Source: Zootoca vivipara (Eukaryota). Taken from it: a stretch of DNA of 64,000 nucleotides. Position numbers and translations under genes: made by a program. Position 1 is the first letter of the stretch; each line of letters begins with the position of its first letter. The stretch lies in contig NC_083282.1 of the NCBI RefSeq assembly GCF_963506605.1, forward strand, positions 83,824,001 to 83,888,000, read 5' to 3'. Shown piece by piece: positions 12,758-26,273 of this stretch. The notes below the pieces were generated by a model. It was not told where the DNA came from, searched no databases, and saw only the letters and a list, made by a program, of their open reading frames with translations.

Positions 12758-13400
12758 CCTCGCGCGGCAAACGCCGGACTCCTGGGTCCTTCTGGGGAGA
12801 GGAGCCGAGAGGTGGCTGCTGCTGCTGCTGCTCGCTGCTGTTCCTGCGGTTGCCGGGTCTCAATCTGTGCCGGCAATTTCGAAAGGGAAAGTTTTTGAGG
12901 CAAGGCTGCGCAAATCAGAGGAGGAGGAGGAGGCACCAGGCCGGCCCCTCCGAGAGGACAGCCTTCGGGCGACTCCCCCGACGGGGTGGGAGGAGGGAGA
13001 AGGGGAGCGTGGGCGGGGGGAAGCGGGGAGAAGCAGCTGACCGGCTTCTCCCTGGAAAGTCCCCGCAGGGGGCATGGTGGCTGCAGGCGTCGCCCTGTTC
13101 TCCGCCTTAGAGCCAAAGGCAGAGAAACGGTACTTTCGACGAGAAAGCCCTGGGAGGGACGGAGCACTGGACAGAGCCTGCGCACGCGCCCGACGTGGAC
13201 GCGCAAAGGGCCCCGTCGTTCTCACGTACGCAGGCTGCGCCCGCCCGCGGTTGGAGGACGCCTGAGTTACTTCGCGTGCTTCGAGGGAGAGTCCGTGGCG
13301 CCCCCCCCCCCGCGTTTATCTCCCCTAGCACGTCGTAACGTCTGGAAACGGCAGTGTTGGGAGCTTTTCTGGGTCCGGTTTTAGCTGGAGGGGAAGCCCA
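12480..13400 (-). promoter_or_regulatory. CpG island/promoter of CTSZ
   Basis: CpG-dense region spanning exon 1 and upstream; GC boxes; NRF1-like tgcgcacgcgc at ~13180. Confidence 0.75.
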
Positions 13401-15773
13401 GAGGACTGTGGGTCAAGGGAGGAGGGCCCCACAGCATGGGCGTAGCCAGCTGCCCCCCACAGCCTCCTAAATCAAGTGAACAAAGAAAAACACAGAAATT
13501 GTAGGAGGATTTTGACAGATTCTTCTGAGCACTTGGGGTCAGAAGAAAGTACAGGTAATTTAAAACAACTCGTTGAGATAATTCATTCTGAGTCTGGCAG
13601 ACAGAGCCAGACAGAGGATAGTGGCAGGGTTGTCATACGTCCAGAATTTCCCAGATGTATACGGAATATCGCGGCGGCTGCAGCAGTGTCCGGGCGGAAG
13701 ACCGGTCAAATGTCCGGGATGCTGCTACGACCATGACACACTTTTTTGTTTTTTATAAATAAATAAATAATCAGAGTAGGGATCAGCAGTTAAGCAGGTG
13801 CCATATACCTAGTCAGACTTGTCAACACTGACTGGCAGTGGATTTCAGACGGGGAAGTCCTACTCACCCCTGTCTGTAGACTGAACCTGGGACAGTCTGC
13901 ATGCAAAGCAGTTGTCCCGGCAGTCATGTGAAGAAATGCACGTGACTGTTTAAAGGGTCGGAGGGCTTAAGTCCCCACGATAACCACAGCACTTGATCCG
14001 GATGTTTACTGCTTTACTTTGTTAGGGAATTTTATAGGGGGGGGGGGAGTTTTGTAACCAACGTGTCGGGAACAGGGGCTATTACTTCATTATATTTCAT
14101 ATTGTTTTCTTCCTTTCCCCCTTCCTTCCTTCTTTCTTTCTTCCTTTTCCTCTTTTGCTCTTCTCTTTTGGTGTGCTCTTTTTTTGCGATGTCGCTGCTG
14201 AATAAGAAGTTTTTTATAAAGGGAAAATAATAACTGTCCCACTGAGAGTTCCTGGTTGCTCCTGCTGTAATGGCACGGACCTTGCCATTTCCAGATGGGG
14301 GAACCCTTAGTCTGCTGCTTGTGGCACCTTAAAAGACTTAACACATTTATTATGGGATAAGAAGTTGTGGACTGGGCTCCCCTAGACTACTGCCTGCGGA
14401 TAGAGGACACTGGCTTGTTGATGGTATTGATGTAAGATTCAACTGTCAATCTGATTCACTTCTGTATTTAGAACCAAAATATTTATGGGCAACCTTGCCG
14501 CACCAGCTGTTGCTGAACTAGAACTGCCCTCATCCCTGGCCCTTGGCCATGCTTTCTAGGGCTGATGGGAGTTGTAGTTCAGCAACATCTGACGGTCCAA
14601 GGTTCCCCGCTCCTGTTGTGGACAAAGAGTTCAGCTGTGTGTGGGCCCCTGAAGGCATATCCATACATATTAGTTTTGGGGTGCATGGTAGTCTGGGGCC
14701 CTTCCAGGCCTGCTTAAAATCGAGAAGAGGCTGGGGAACCATTCAAACCGGTCCCTCTGCTAAGCTAATATTTTTGCTAGTTACATTATGCAAAGAGGTC
14801 ATTCTGTTGCCATAGAGACAAATGGGTGGGCCCTTTCCCACCTCACCTGGCTGCTGGGGTGGACTTTGGTCTTGCAAATTTCAGCAGCCCCCTGTGCAAG
14901 GTCGAAATTCAGCAGAAAACAACAACAACCCACCTTTGCCTTCTGATCTGCTCAATTCATGGCATCATAGTTGCAACTCCTGATAGGCTGGGCACCCAGT
15001 GTGGCAGAACCAGACATTCTGTCTTAAATCCAGCTTTGCTGGCCGAACAACAACAACAACAACAATTTTATTATTTATACCCCACTCATCTTGCTGGATT
15101 TCCCCAGCCACTCTGTCATCCTGGGATGGAGAACATTAGGCCGGGGAGGGCAATATATAGTGAGAAAGAGTTTTGGCATATGCTGGAAGCTAGGGACACA
15201 GAGTCATGTATTGCTCTGCTGAAACTAAGCTGAGACTTGGAGCTTCGCTGGAAACCTAAAGGGGAGGCAATACAGTATCTGTTGGGGTGTGAATACTGTG
15301 AGTTGCTCCATCCTATGTTCAGGTTGTATATGTGTGTGAGGGAATATATCGAAACCACCTCTTCAGCCATATCCTTAAACGCACTGTGGTTTTTTTGATG
15401 ATGTGAAGTCCCTGTTCCTTATCAGCTGGCAACACATTGGGCAAAGTCTGCATATGGAAAATTTGTGTTACTCAAAAGGGGATTGCCACTAAGAAATGAC
15501 AGGGATTAAAAAAAAGGGAGAGTAAAGAATGTGTTTTGTGTGTGAGTACTAAAAAAACCCCATAAAAAATAAAAACCTTTTAATTCCTGTGATCCCACAC
15601 AGCACCCAAACGGAATTATTTTGTACTACTGACAAGCCTATATGTTCCAGTTGAACCAGTCCAGATGTACCAGCCATTATAAACACAAGCCATGATTCTG
15701 AACTCCAAATGGAGCAGGGGCATTTCCAAATGTTGCCCTCATCGCACCCCAAAACAATGAGCTAGTTTGCAAG

Positions 15774-16153
15774 TGCTACAACTAAGTGATGGTGCCCTCC
15801 AGGCTAATGAGCGAGTCTTTCCTCCACCCCGCTCACCTAGCTGCTAGGTAGGAGGAGAACAATAGCCAATGCGCTGTGTGTGAGCTGAGCTGGAAGCAGG
15901 CTGAAAACCCGGGGACACAGAGACATGCTTGATCTGTGCTGGATCCAAAGCTGCAACTAATGGGGAAGAAAGATCTTCTGGTGTGTTAATGCTGCGAGCC
16001 CCTCGATCTCAAGCTCATGTTGTATATGTGTGTCAATAAAGCCATCTATCCTAAAGGCATCACAGCCTTCGCTGACCTTCATTCCAAGGAAACCGAACCC
16101 TGGGTAAATGCCTGGAACCCCTCACTGCTTGGATATTGGCGTGGTGTACAACA
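15774..16153 (+). mobile_element. Probable solo LTR; a related degenerate copy lies at ~15114-15434
   Basis: TG...CA ends, internal AATAAA at ~16035, and blocks shared with the 15114-15434 copy (gctggaagc, gggacacagag, gttgtatatgtgtgt). No clear TSD. Confidence 0.4.
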
Positions 16154-17545
16154 CTCAGCATCTTGGAGCTAATCCTGAACTTGTTTTTGTATAGCCCATG
16201 CTTAATCTGAGTGCCTTGCTTTTATCTATCTTCCCTGCTCTGCCCCATCCCAGCTATAGCCTGAGCCATTGACACATTTCCCTATTTGTATCAGAATTTG
16301 GCCCCAATTTGAGGTATCTATAAAAAATGTGCTTAATTTCTCCTTCACCTAACCAAGCCGCGGCAGGAGCAAAAATTCCGCCATTGTGTTGTCACACAGT
16401 GCAGTGGAGCTATTGTGTAGAGGCGTCTCCTTCCACCCTTCCGACGGATAAAGGCTGCTGGAGACTTTGGTGCACTTAAAAGATACAGAGAAGCTTGCCT
16501 CTATCAGAATGAGACATATTTTGCTGTGGCTTCCACAGCGTCTGTGATGCAACATCCAAGGTCTTGATGAAACTGTTTTCAGGACCACATTCACATGGTG
16601 TGGGAAGACGAAGGCTGTGAGGTGAAACTTGTGCGGTTAGAAAGGAACCTCTGTTTTTAAAAAAGGAAGCACCTGATAGCAGAACTGCTCATATGACCTA
16701 GGTTCAGAAGCACATTTCTTGCTCCCTCCCACGGTCCAACAAAAGACCCTCTCTCTGAGGACACACCTTACCTTTAAAGCACATTCTACCCCTCAAACAA
16801 TTCTGGGGACTGTAGTTTCCTAAGGGGTTGCTGGGAATTGTAACTTTGTGATGGGTTAACTACAGCGCCCATAATTCTTTGAGGGACAGAACATGCTTTG
16901 AATGTGCATTGAAGGTATACTGTGTGCGCAACCTTAGAAGTCACAGCTGGAGTGTTCCTCTCCCCACCCCCATCTGCTTGCCTTCTTACTTATAACCACT
17001 CAAAAGGCAGGGGGTGGCACCAGTGGCAGACTTTGGGCCCTCGAGTTTCAGCGGTGTCCTGTGCAACGCTAAAATTAAACACCCCCTGCCTCTTGCACTC
17101 CATTCTACAGCATTGTTGTGCTGTCCGCTGCAGCACAGAGCCTGGAGAAAGATGGAGATAAAACTAGAATTATCTGCCTCCACCTATTGTTGGCTCTGGC
17201 GCCACCTACTGTTGGCCTCCCATTCTACCAGTCCAAAATGGGCACCAGCACCACTTGCTGCTGACCTAACTGCAGCACGGGGCAACCAGCCTTCCTTTGC
17301 ACAAGTACTTGATTCAACAAGACCGCCAATCACTTATTCTGATACCTGCGACTTCCCTCCACCCTCACCACAACATGTCTGTTTGTGAAATGCTACAATA
17401 TAGATTACTCTGTAAGGAGCCTGTGTTTCACCGCAGGAAGGTGGACCAGATAATCTTCATTCATGTCTCAGCCAACAGTCCTTTGCTTCCCATCTTCTGA
17501 TATAGTCTATCCATCTGGGCCGCTCCTACCCTGGTTTCTGTTTTG

Positions 17546-17546
<1 letters not shown>

Positions 17547-17589
<43 letters not shown>
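17547..17589. repeat. (GT)n microsatellite
   Basis: About 21 GT units. Confidence 0.95.
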
Positions 17590-17590
<1 letters not shown>

Positions 17591-17759
17591 GCCCCATAAT
17601 GCAACTCAAGCATTAAAAACAAAACAATAGCAACAAAAGCCAACAAAAGAAACTCAAAGGTATTAATAAACTGTGGTTCGTTATCTATATTCCATAGCCA
17701 GATTCGGTCCCTGTTTAGGACAGCTGCATATTCCTGCATTGCAGGGGGTTGGACTAGAT

Positions 17760-18002
17760 CAGGCATGTCCAACAGGTAGATCGTGATCTACTGGTAGATC
17801 ACTGGACATCTGCGGTAGATCACTGGTAGATCATTGGCAAAGAAGCTGAACAACTGTGGCTCCCCTAAATAAAGCTCAACATTTTACCTCCTCCCTGAAA
17901 AAAACTCAACAACTTTGACCTGAACCCCAAAAAGGAGGTAGATCACTGCCAGTTTTTAACTCTGTGAGTGGATTGCAGTCTCTTGGGAGTTGGCCACCCC
18001 TG
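17760..18002. mobile_element. Non-autonomous hAT-type element nested in a SINE tail
   Basis: CAGG...CCTG termini; 8-bp TSD gactagat on both sides. Confidence 0.75.
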
Positions 18003-18189
18003 GACTAGATGTTCCTTGGGGTCCCTTCCAAGCCTACGATTCTGTGATTCTATGAAATGCGACCTTTGGGGTGAAAAATGTTCCAGACCCATCACTTAAA
18101 TAGAAGGCTTTAAGGGAGTTGCTTGTCAATGCCCTATCAGAACTCTTGTGAGTCTGCAGGGTGGGAGTGCCAGGAACTCCCCTGCGGAG

Positions 18190-18351
18190 CTGTGGGGTGG
18201 TTTGTTTTCGTGTGTGTAGCATTCGCTATACGAGCCGCATTTTGCCAATGATAAGAGTGGCTACAGCTGACAGTACGAGAGCGATCACTTGTTCCACAGA
18301 GGCACATTTGGGAAAGCTGGAATCCACTCTCCCCACCAAATCCTGTTCAAA
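18190..18351 (+). promoter_or_regulatory. TUBB1 proximal promoter/5' UTR with CCAAT and GATA motifs
   Basis: gccaatgataagag at ~18244-18257, about 100 nt upstream of the ATG. CpG-poor, consistent with a GATA1-driven erythroid/thrombocyte gene. Confidence 0.45.
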
Positions 18352-21300
18352 ATGCGTGAAATTGTGCACGTTCAGATCGGCCAGTGTGGAAACCAAATAG
18401 GATCGAAGGTAGGAAGCTGGTTTTTAATAACGTTTCTAAGAGACAAGGCAATGCTGCCTTTAATAACTGGATTTAAAGCGAATTTGGACAAAGGTGAATT
18501 GGGATGCTACTGAAATGCCCTCCTTGAGCAAACTTGGTTAAAATAACATCAACCCTGAAGTGTGTAAGATACGGTATATCAGTCATCTCCTCATACTCCA
18601 AATAGCCACCAGATAGCCAGCCATTTCATCTACCGGTAGATGCATATCAATGAGTTCAAACAGGAAACATAGGTTTTACAGCACAATTTGGTACGCTGAA
18701 GATTCACAAAGTTTCAGTGGTGTTCATTCCTTTCCTTGTACATATATTTAGGATAACAGCCTTTGTGAAAGAACCTGATATTTGAAAGTTTATATTTCTC
18801 TCGTCCACAATTTCGCTTGGCAGAAGGGCATTGTGGGGAGGGTGGGTTGGAGAAATACTTTGTGTTTTTAATGTTTCCAGGAAATGGTCCGGAGAACCTT
18901 GTTATGTGGGTGTCGTAAAACTGTACTAAGTAAATAAATAAGATGTCAGTAAGATGAGCAGCCAAAGTTCTGGTGGCACTTTTGTTTCACATATTATATA
19001 CCCCGAGGAACCTTGTTGTAACTACCGGTACAGCTGGTAGGAAATGGCAGCAGTATTAGGAATTCTCAATGAAGTAGCAAACAGAGGATTTACATGAAGG
19101 GTCTTTCATTCAGCGGTTAGTAGCCATGACAGCTAAATGCAACCTCCACACAGTCAAAGGGAGTGTATACCATGCTTGTGCAGGGGACAAACAACGGGGC
19201 TAGTCTTCCATGACATGCTGGGAGGTTTTGCTCTGTCCCAGCGAGGCTATTTACATGCATGTAAATGGAAGCATTCTAAACACAAATGGATTGTGAACAA
19301 GAGACAAGAGGCATTTAAAAGGCTGGTGGCTACAGGAGGAGGGTGTGCCCACATGCATGACTGCCTGCTGTTTCAGATAAAGAGACAGCCGGGCTGGATG
19401 TGGGGAGTGGGGAGGCTAGATAGATGCCTCCTGTTATTCTGGTTTTGTGTGCTGCTTCCAGTTAAAAGTCTGCCTGGTTGCAGGACTGGCTCACGTGTTA
19501 TGCTCTCCCGACAAGGATATCTCCTGGTGTAGGAAGAAAATGTGGGACACTACCATCACCTGGGGAGACCTTTCCCATATCTTATTTGATTAGCACGTGC
19601 AGGCTTCCATACCTACACCAGAGTTTACACCTGTCTAGAAATAATGTCATGTGTGTGCTGGGACAGGAAAAGTTTCAGAAAAGGGCTACCAAGATGATCA
19701 AGGGGTTAGAGGATGGGTAGGCAAACTAAGGCCTGGGGGCTGGATCAAGCCCAATCGTCTTCTAAATCCGGCCTGCGGACAGTCCAGGAATCAGCGTGTT
19801 TTCACATGAGTAGAATGTGTCCTTTTATTTAAAATACATCTCTGGGTTATTTGTGCGGCCTGCCTGGTGTTTTTACATGAGTAGAATGTGTGCTTTTATT
19901 TAAAATGCATCTCTGGGTTATTTGTGGGGCATAGGAATTCGATCATTTTATTTTTTTTGCAAAATATAGCCCGGCCCCCCACAAGGTCTGAGGGACAGTG
20001 GACCGGCCCCCTGCTGAAAAAGTTTGCTGACTCCTGGGCTAGAGCACCAGGGAGATTTTAGACTTGAGAAAAAACGAGTAAAAGGAGACATGCTATAGGT
20101 GTCCAAAATAATGCATGGTGGATAGTTATATATCACGTACAGAGCTTTATGGACTTAATAGGTAAGGTAAAGGTAAAGGACCCCTGGACGGTTAAGTCCA
20201 GTCAAATTCTCCTATGGGGTGTGGCACTCATCTCCACTTTCAGGTCAAAGGAGCCAACTCCTAGGCACCATGCGGGCTTCAGCCCCCACAATAAAATATT
20301 TGAGGGGGCCAGGCCTCCAAAAAGTTGATGGGCATTCCCATTCCAATGGTGTGTGTGCATTGTATCATGTGATCGATTATGCAGGGCGGGGCTTACCTGG
20401 GCCCCCACAATATTTTATTAAAGTTGGCACCCGAGTTCCGGGTCATGTGGCCAGCATGACTAAACTACATCAGGCACAATGGGATACCAGAGCACATGGA
20501 AACGCTGTTTACATTCCCAAGCTTATTATCCACTTGTGGTAACACAAAGGCAGGCTTTTTCCAAGGTGGCACCAATATTGCGGAAATATGATAGGGTCCC
20601 ATCAGTATTGTTACTGGCATGTCACTACTATTCTCTGTTTTTTTACCTTCCTCTTTCAGTTCTGGGAAGTCATAAGCGCTGAACATGGAATCGATACCAC
20701 GGGAAACTACCACGGAGACTCACCACTGCAGCAGGAAAGACTTAATGTTTATTTCAATGAGGCGTATTGTAAGTACATGAGGTTGTTGGTAACTGGGTGG
20801 GGAAATTAGATTACAAGAGCAATAGCAGCAGATGGAAATAGAAAAAGCCTTGTCATCTTTCACTGCCACGAAGTCTCTTAACCATTTATAAAGACTGTTG
20901 GCTAGGCTGCAGTATTAATTATCAGATATAAGAAACAAGCATATGAGAAATGGTTTGTTCAAGGAAAAATAAAATAGGTATGAAAGGAGCATTCCCGGAT
21001 GCCAAAATCCAAGCTTGGGGCAAGTACACTTTGGTGAGAGAACCCCAGCAAAGACTGAAAACCACAAAATCTGCAGCAAATTAAAACGTGGAAATATAGG
21101 CTGTTAGACTTTTAAAATATGCCCTTCTAAGTTCCTTCCGAAGTTTCCCTCTTTCCCAGCATAGAAAAAGTCCACACATTTGGGAAGTTAAAAATAGTTT
21201 ACTTACCAACTCTTCAAATGTGCTTTTCCATACAGCTTTTCAGGTGACAAAACATGGCTTAGTTACACTGGTGAAACTCAAGAGTGGCTTGGAAGAGCCA

Positions 21301-24300
21301 TGCGGTCTGAGCTGCAGCATCCAGCTCAGACCTCCTCACAATTTACCTTCTCCCTGTAGAGTGAGATATAACAATAGCCTTGTTTACCTTTCTCCCATGG
21401 TGAGGGAGAGTGACCCAGCTAAACCTGGTAGGAAAGCTTACTCTATGATAGGCATCCCCAAACTGCGGCCCTCCAGATGTTTTGGCCTACAACTCCCATG
21501 ATCCCTAGCTAACAAGACCAGTGGTCAGGGATGATGGGGATTGTAGTCCAAAACATCTGGTGGACTGAAGTTTGGGGATGCCTGCTCTATGACATTAACC
21601 CCTTCATGCAAACAAAATGGTCAAAGGCCTGGAAATGATGCCTTATGAGGAATGGCTTAGGGAGCTGGAGAAGAGAAGGTTAAGGGGTGATATGATAGCC
21701 ATGTTCAAATATATAAAAGGATGTCATATGGAGGAGGGAGAAAGATTGTTTTCTGCTGCTCCAGAGAAGCGGACACGGAGCAATGGATTCAAATTTCAAG
21801 AAAGAAGATTCCACCTAAACATTAGGAAGAACTTCCTGACAGTAAGAGCTGTTCGGCAGTGGAATTTGCTACCAAGGAGTGTGGTGGAGTCTCCTTCTTT
21901 GGAGGTCTTTAAGCAGAGGCTTGACAGGCATATGTCAAGAATGCTTTGATGGTGTTTCCTGCTCGGCAGGGGGTTGGACTGGATGGCCCTTGTGGTCTCT
22001 TCCAACTCTATGATTCTATGATTCTATGCTTTAAATAGCCTTAAGCATGTTAGTTATATGAGGCTGGTTATCCCAGAGAAATAAGATGCAAAAGAGGTTA
22101 GGGCTGCAATCCTATCCTCATTTTCCTGGGTAGATACTTCTGAGTAGATACTTATAGGATTGCAATCTACATGACATTTTTATTCATCTGGGGTTGTAAC
22201 CTGGACACATTTACTAAGTAGTAAACACCATTGAACACAGCAAGAAGTCCTTCTGAAGTCCAATACTGGTGAAAAGGACAATGTCTTCTAGTGCACTTGA
22301 GGGCAGCAGCCCAACATAGGGGGCACAGGGCACACCATAAGGCACTCACAGTTCTTTTCCTTCATTGCACCTCAGCATCTGCCACCTGAGCTGCCTCATG
22401 GTAGGGCCAGCCTTGACCAGTAGGTATGATGAGGGTTGTGCTCTGGCAATATATTCAAGGACACAGGTTTTTCACTTCTGTGCTATAGTGTTCTAAATGA
22501 AATATGTACACCAAAGAAACGATTTGTGAAGGAAATACACGCAGAAGGTACTACCTGCCTCAATCATGACCCTCAACTTTCCCCCTTTTTTTGCTGTAGC
22601 CCACAAGTATGTTCCTCGTGCTATCTTGGTGGACTTGGAGCCTGGAACGATGGACAGCGTGAGGTCCAGCAAAATAGGCCCACTCTTTCGACCCGATAAC
22701 TTTATTCATGGTATGTGTGCTGCATTAATAATATGGATGTAATTTAATAGATGATGGTGTCATAAGAAATAAAGTTGCTGTGTATCAAACAGGGCCTCTG
22801 AGGAGATAGCCTCTCTATTCATTGCTTCAGAACACTTAAGAAGCCACTCGTATTTATAAAAAAAATAAATATTTATAGGTCTCATGATTACAGGAGGAAA
22901 ACCTAAAAGATTTGGGGTGATTTTTTAAAAATAAATTGTTTAAATTGCAGAAGAGTTCTGGAGAAGTGGGATGTCTTCATTGACCACATATTGTTCACTC
23001 AAAGAATCAACGATTGCTTCAGCCTCCAAATAGTTAGCGATGGCCACTTTGCGCACTCATTCTAAAGCTTGTTCTAGAAAGGCAATTTGGGGTTTACGGT
23101 TGCACATTTCATCAATGTTTAGCATAAGTTTCGAAACCCTTGGTAACATGAATGCAAGCCTAGATCTGAATTTCCTGAAGGTTTCTAAACTAGAATATTT
23201 TTTCTTAAAATATATAATCTAGCAGCCCAATCCTATGCATGTTTTCTCTATATAAAAAAAGAGAGATTACGCAGCACAGAACATGCCAGCCTTCCTGCAT
23301 GTTGCAAACACAAGCTGTTCTCAGCACATTTAGGGCAGAGGGACACCAGCCTGTTGGGGCCTGTTGGCCACATTCAGAATTTTAAGATAACAGGGCGGGC
23401 ACCAGTCTCAACAAAATGGCTGCCATGGGGAAACGGCATATTATAAAATGGTTGCCACAAAAAAAGAGACTGGAGCACAAAATAATGCAAAAACTGAAGG
23501 TTTGAAACAAGAGTATAACAAGCCAAACATGTTCAAGGATCCTCCTTTTCCAAACAAAACAAAACAAAACAAAACAAAACAAAATTCTGGCGCAATTAGG
23601 TTTGTAGTAGAGTATCTGTGAAGTTATGCAGAACAATAACATAATACCACAGCCTCCACTCTTAGCTCCATTGAAGACTAGTATCCCTTCGCTTTATATT
23701 TAGATCTAGTCATGTCCACTTTTAAACTAAACATGTGCTCAGTGTTTCAGCAGCATTTTCTGTTACATTTAGCCCTTTCCGTTGTTTCTAGGAAATTCTG
23801 GCGCTGGAAATAACTGGGCAAAAGGCCATTACACTGAAGGGGCCGAACTGATTGAAAGCGTGATGGACGTCGTGAGGAACGAGTGCGAGGGCTGTGACTG
23901 CCTGCAGGGCTTTCAGCTGACCCATTCCCTTGGTGGAGGGACCGGGTCTGGAATGGGCACCCTTCTGATCAACAAGATCAAAGAAGAATACTCTGACAGG
24001 ATCATGAACACATTCAGCATAGTGCCATCCCCAAAAGTTTCGGACACCGTCGTTGAGCCATACAACGCCATATTATCCATCCACCAGCTGATAGAGAACA
24101 CGGACGAAACCTTCTGCATTGATAACGAAGCCCTCTACGACATATGCTTCAGGACACTGAAGCTTCCTTCGCCGGCCTATGGGGACCTCAATCACCTGGT
24201 CTCCCTCACCATGAGTGGAGTCACCACCTCACTCCGCTTCCCTGGCCAGCTCAATGCAGACTTGAGGAAGTTGGCGGTCAACATGGTGCCTTTCCCTCGA

Positions 24301-24900
24301 CTGCATTTTTTCATGCCAGGCTTTGCGCCACTTACGGCCCGGGGCAGCCAGCAGTACAGAGCCGTCTCCGTTCCAGAGCTCACCCAACAGATGTTTGATG
24401 CAAGGAACATGATGGTAGCCGCTGACCCGCGTCACGGCCGCTACTTAACAGTGGCGTGCATCTTCCGAGGCCAGATGTCTACCAGGGAGGTGGATGAGCA
24501 GATGCTGTCCATGCAGACAAAGCACAGCAGCCAGTTTGTGGAGTGGATCCCCAACAATGTCAAGGTGGCCGTGTGCGACATTCCTCCCTGTGGCCTCAAG
24601 ATGTCGGCCACCTTCATAGGGAACAACACAGCCATACAAGAGATCTTCAAGAGGCTCTCTGAGCAGTTCTCAGCCATGTTCAGGAGGAAAGCATTTCTGC
24701 ACTGGTATACCGGGGAAGGGATGGATGAGATGGAATTTTCTGAAGCTGAAAGCAACACTAATGACTTGGTGTCCGAGTATCAGCAGTATCAAGATGCCAC
24801 AGCCGATGTAGAAGAATATGTGGAGGCAGAGGAAGAGGCAGAGGCTGAGGCAAGCCAGGAAGAAGAAAAGGAGCTTCTTAAAAATAAGAGTGATGATTGA
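18352..24900 (+). CDS. TUBB1: Beta-tubulin class VI (tubulin beta-1), 4 exons, 461 aa
   Basis: Exons 18352-18408, 20660-20768, 22600-22710, 23792-24900 (57/109/111/1109 nt). MREI start, GGGTGSG motif, class VI-type residues ([29 protein letters not shown]); positioned between CTSZ and ATP5F1E. Confidence 0.97.
19711..20036 (-). mobile_element. Non-autonomous hAT-type DNA transposon inserted in a CR1 fragment
   Basis: Reverse complement of the copy at 54783-55103, with the same internal ~60-bp duplication; TSD-like ggttagag/ggctagag. Confidence 0.75.
21449..21584. mobile_element. Palindromic ~135-bp hAT-type MITE
   Basis: Long terminal inverted repeats and a perfect 8-bp TSD ctctatga; related copies at 26141, 31440 and 35129. 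Confidence 0.85.
21614..22028 (+). mobile_element. CR1 LINE 3' end
   Basis: ORF2 C-terminus ([19 protein letters not shown]...[10 protein letters not shown]...[10 protein letters not shown]) followed by an (ATTCTATG)n tail. Confidence 0.92.
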
Positions 24901-26140
24901 AAGCAATGCTGATTATTACTGTCAGTGAGGTGGCTGGACTTACCTATGTTTCTAAAATAACTTTTTAGTCTACTGAATGCAGGAGCAGCCAATTTTGTGC
25001 ATTGAACCAAAGCATACACAGCCGCATTGTTGGCTGCAAAAATATATATATACCTGAGAAAATCCCCCTACTGAAAGCCAGTGCTATTTTTCTAGAAAAT
25101 ATGGTGCTGGAACTCACCACGAACGCTTCCCTGGTTCTCTTATAAATGGTAATCGCGCCCACTTGAGTGGTGCCGGAATTGAGTCCCGGTGAGTTCCAGC
25201 TGAAAAAAACTCAACCCCTGCTGAAATCTATGTTCTAATTAAGTGATTCTTCTGAATTAGTGCATCTAATGCAAATAAGTCATTTTAGAACAGTGGGGGA
25301 AATTATACCAGCATGCTGCTTCAAAGGACATATCCCAGGGCTTCAGTTGATGGAACAGATTACAAAGGATGACACGGTGACCAACCGCAGCAAAGTAGTT
25401 AAGGAGGCTTCAATTCCCCTCTAGTCAAATGCAACCATCCATGGTCCTGGAGGAAGCTGCACACCTCTGTCTGCATCATAGACACATCAACCTAGTTTAA
25501 TGGAGCCTGGATGAGTACCCTGATGAAGGTGCAGTGTTCAACACATACATCTTGCAGGACCAGGGTGACTGTATTTTTTTACTTTCTTGTGTGAGCATCC
25601 TCTTATGCACATTTGTCAGATGAGTTTGTGAATTACCAAGGAAGGTATTCAAATTTACATGGCTGTTTCTTTCATACTTCATTATTCTGACCAGTGTATC
25701 TTCTTACTGGGCATATTTCTACACCAGTGAGCTTCAGTACAACAGCATTCTTACACACCTTGTATTTGGAGTTTTGTGATGAGCAGCCAAAGGGATGTGT
25801 CCTAACTGAGCCCCACACTAGCACAATGCAGTAGGGTATTTGATTCCAAGGAACAAAAATGACAGCTCCTTAGCTGACTTGCACTTTAGGTGGTATTACA
25901 GCTATATTAATTGGACAGCTGTTTTTAAATTTCACTGAGTCAGGCTTCCAATCTATAATATGAGGAAGTATGTAAGGGGATGAAATTCATGATGAAACCA
26001 GAAAGGTCCATTAAGTAGTCCAGCATTCTTTGTTTGTTAACAACTAAACTTATTTATATTTGTGTATAAAACATTTCTTTACTGGCTTTTGACTCTTGAA
26101 AAAAAAAAGAGCCTCAAAGGCGGTTTACAACAATCAATAG

Positions 26141-26273
26141 CAGGCATAGGCAAACCCGGCTCTCTAGATCTTTTGGGACAACTCCCATCACCCCTAGCTA
26201 ACAGGACCAGTGGTCAGGGATGATGGGAGTTGTAGTCCCAAAACATCTGGAGGGCTGAGTTTGCCTATGTCTG
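26141..26273. mobile_element. Palindromic hAT-type MITE
   Basis: caggcataggcaaac...gtttgcctatgtctg; 8-bp TSD atcaatag. Confidence 0.85.
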
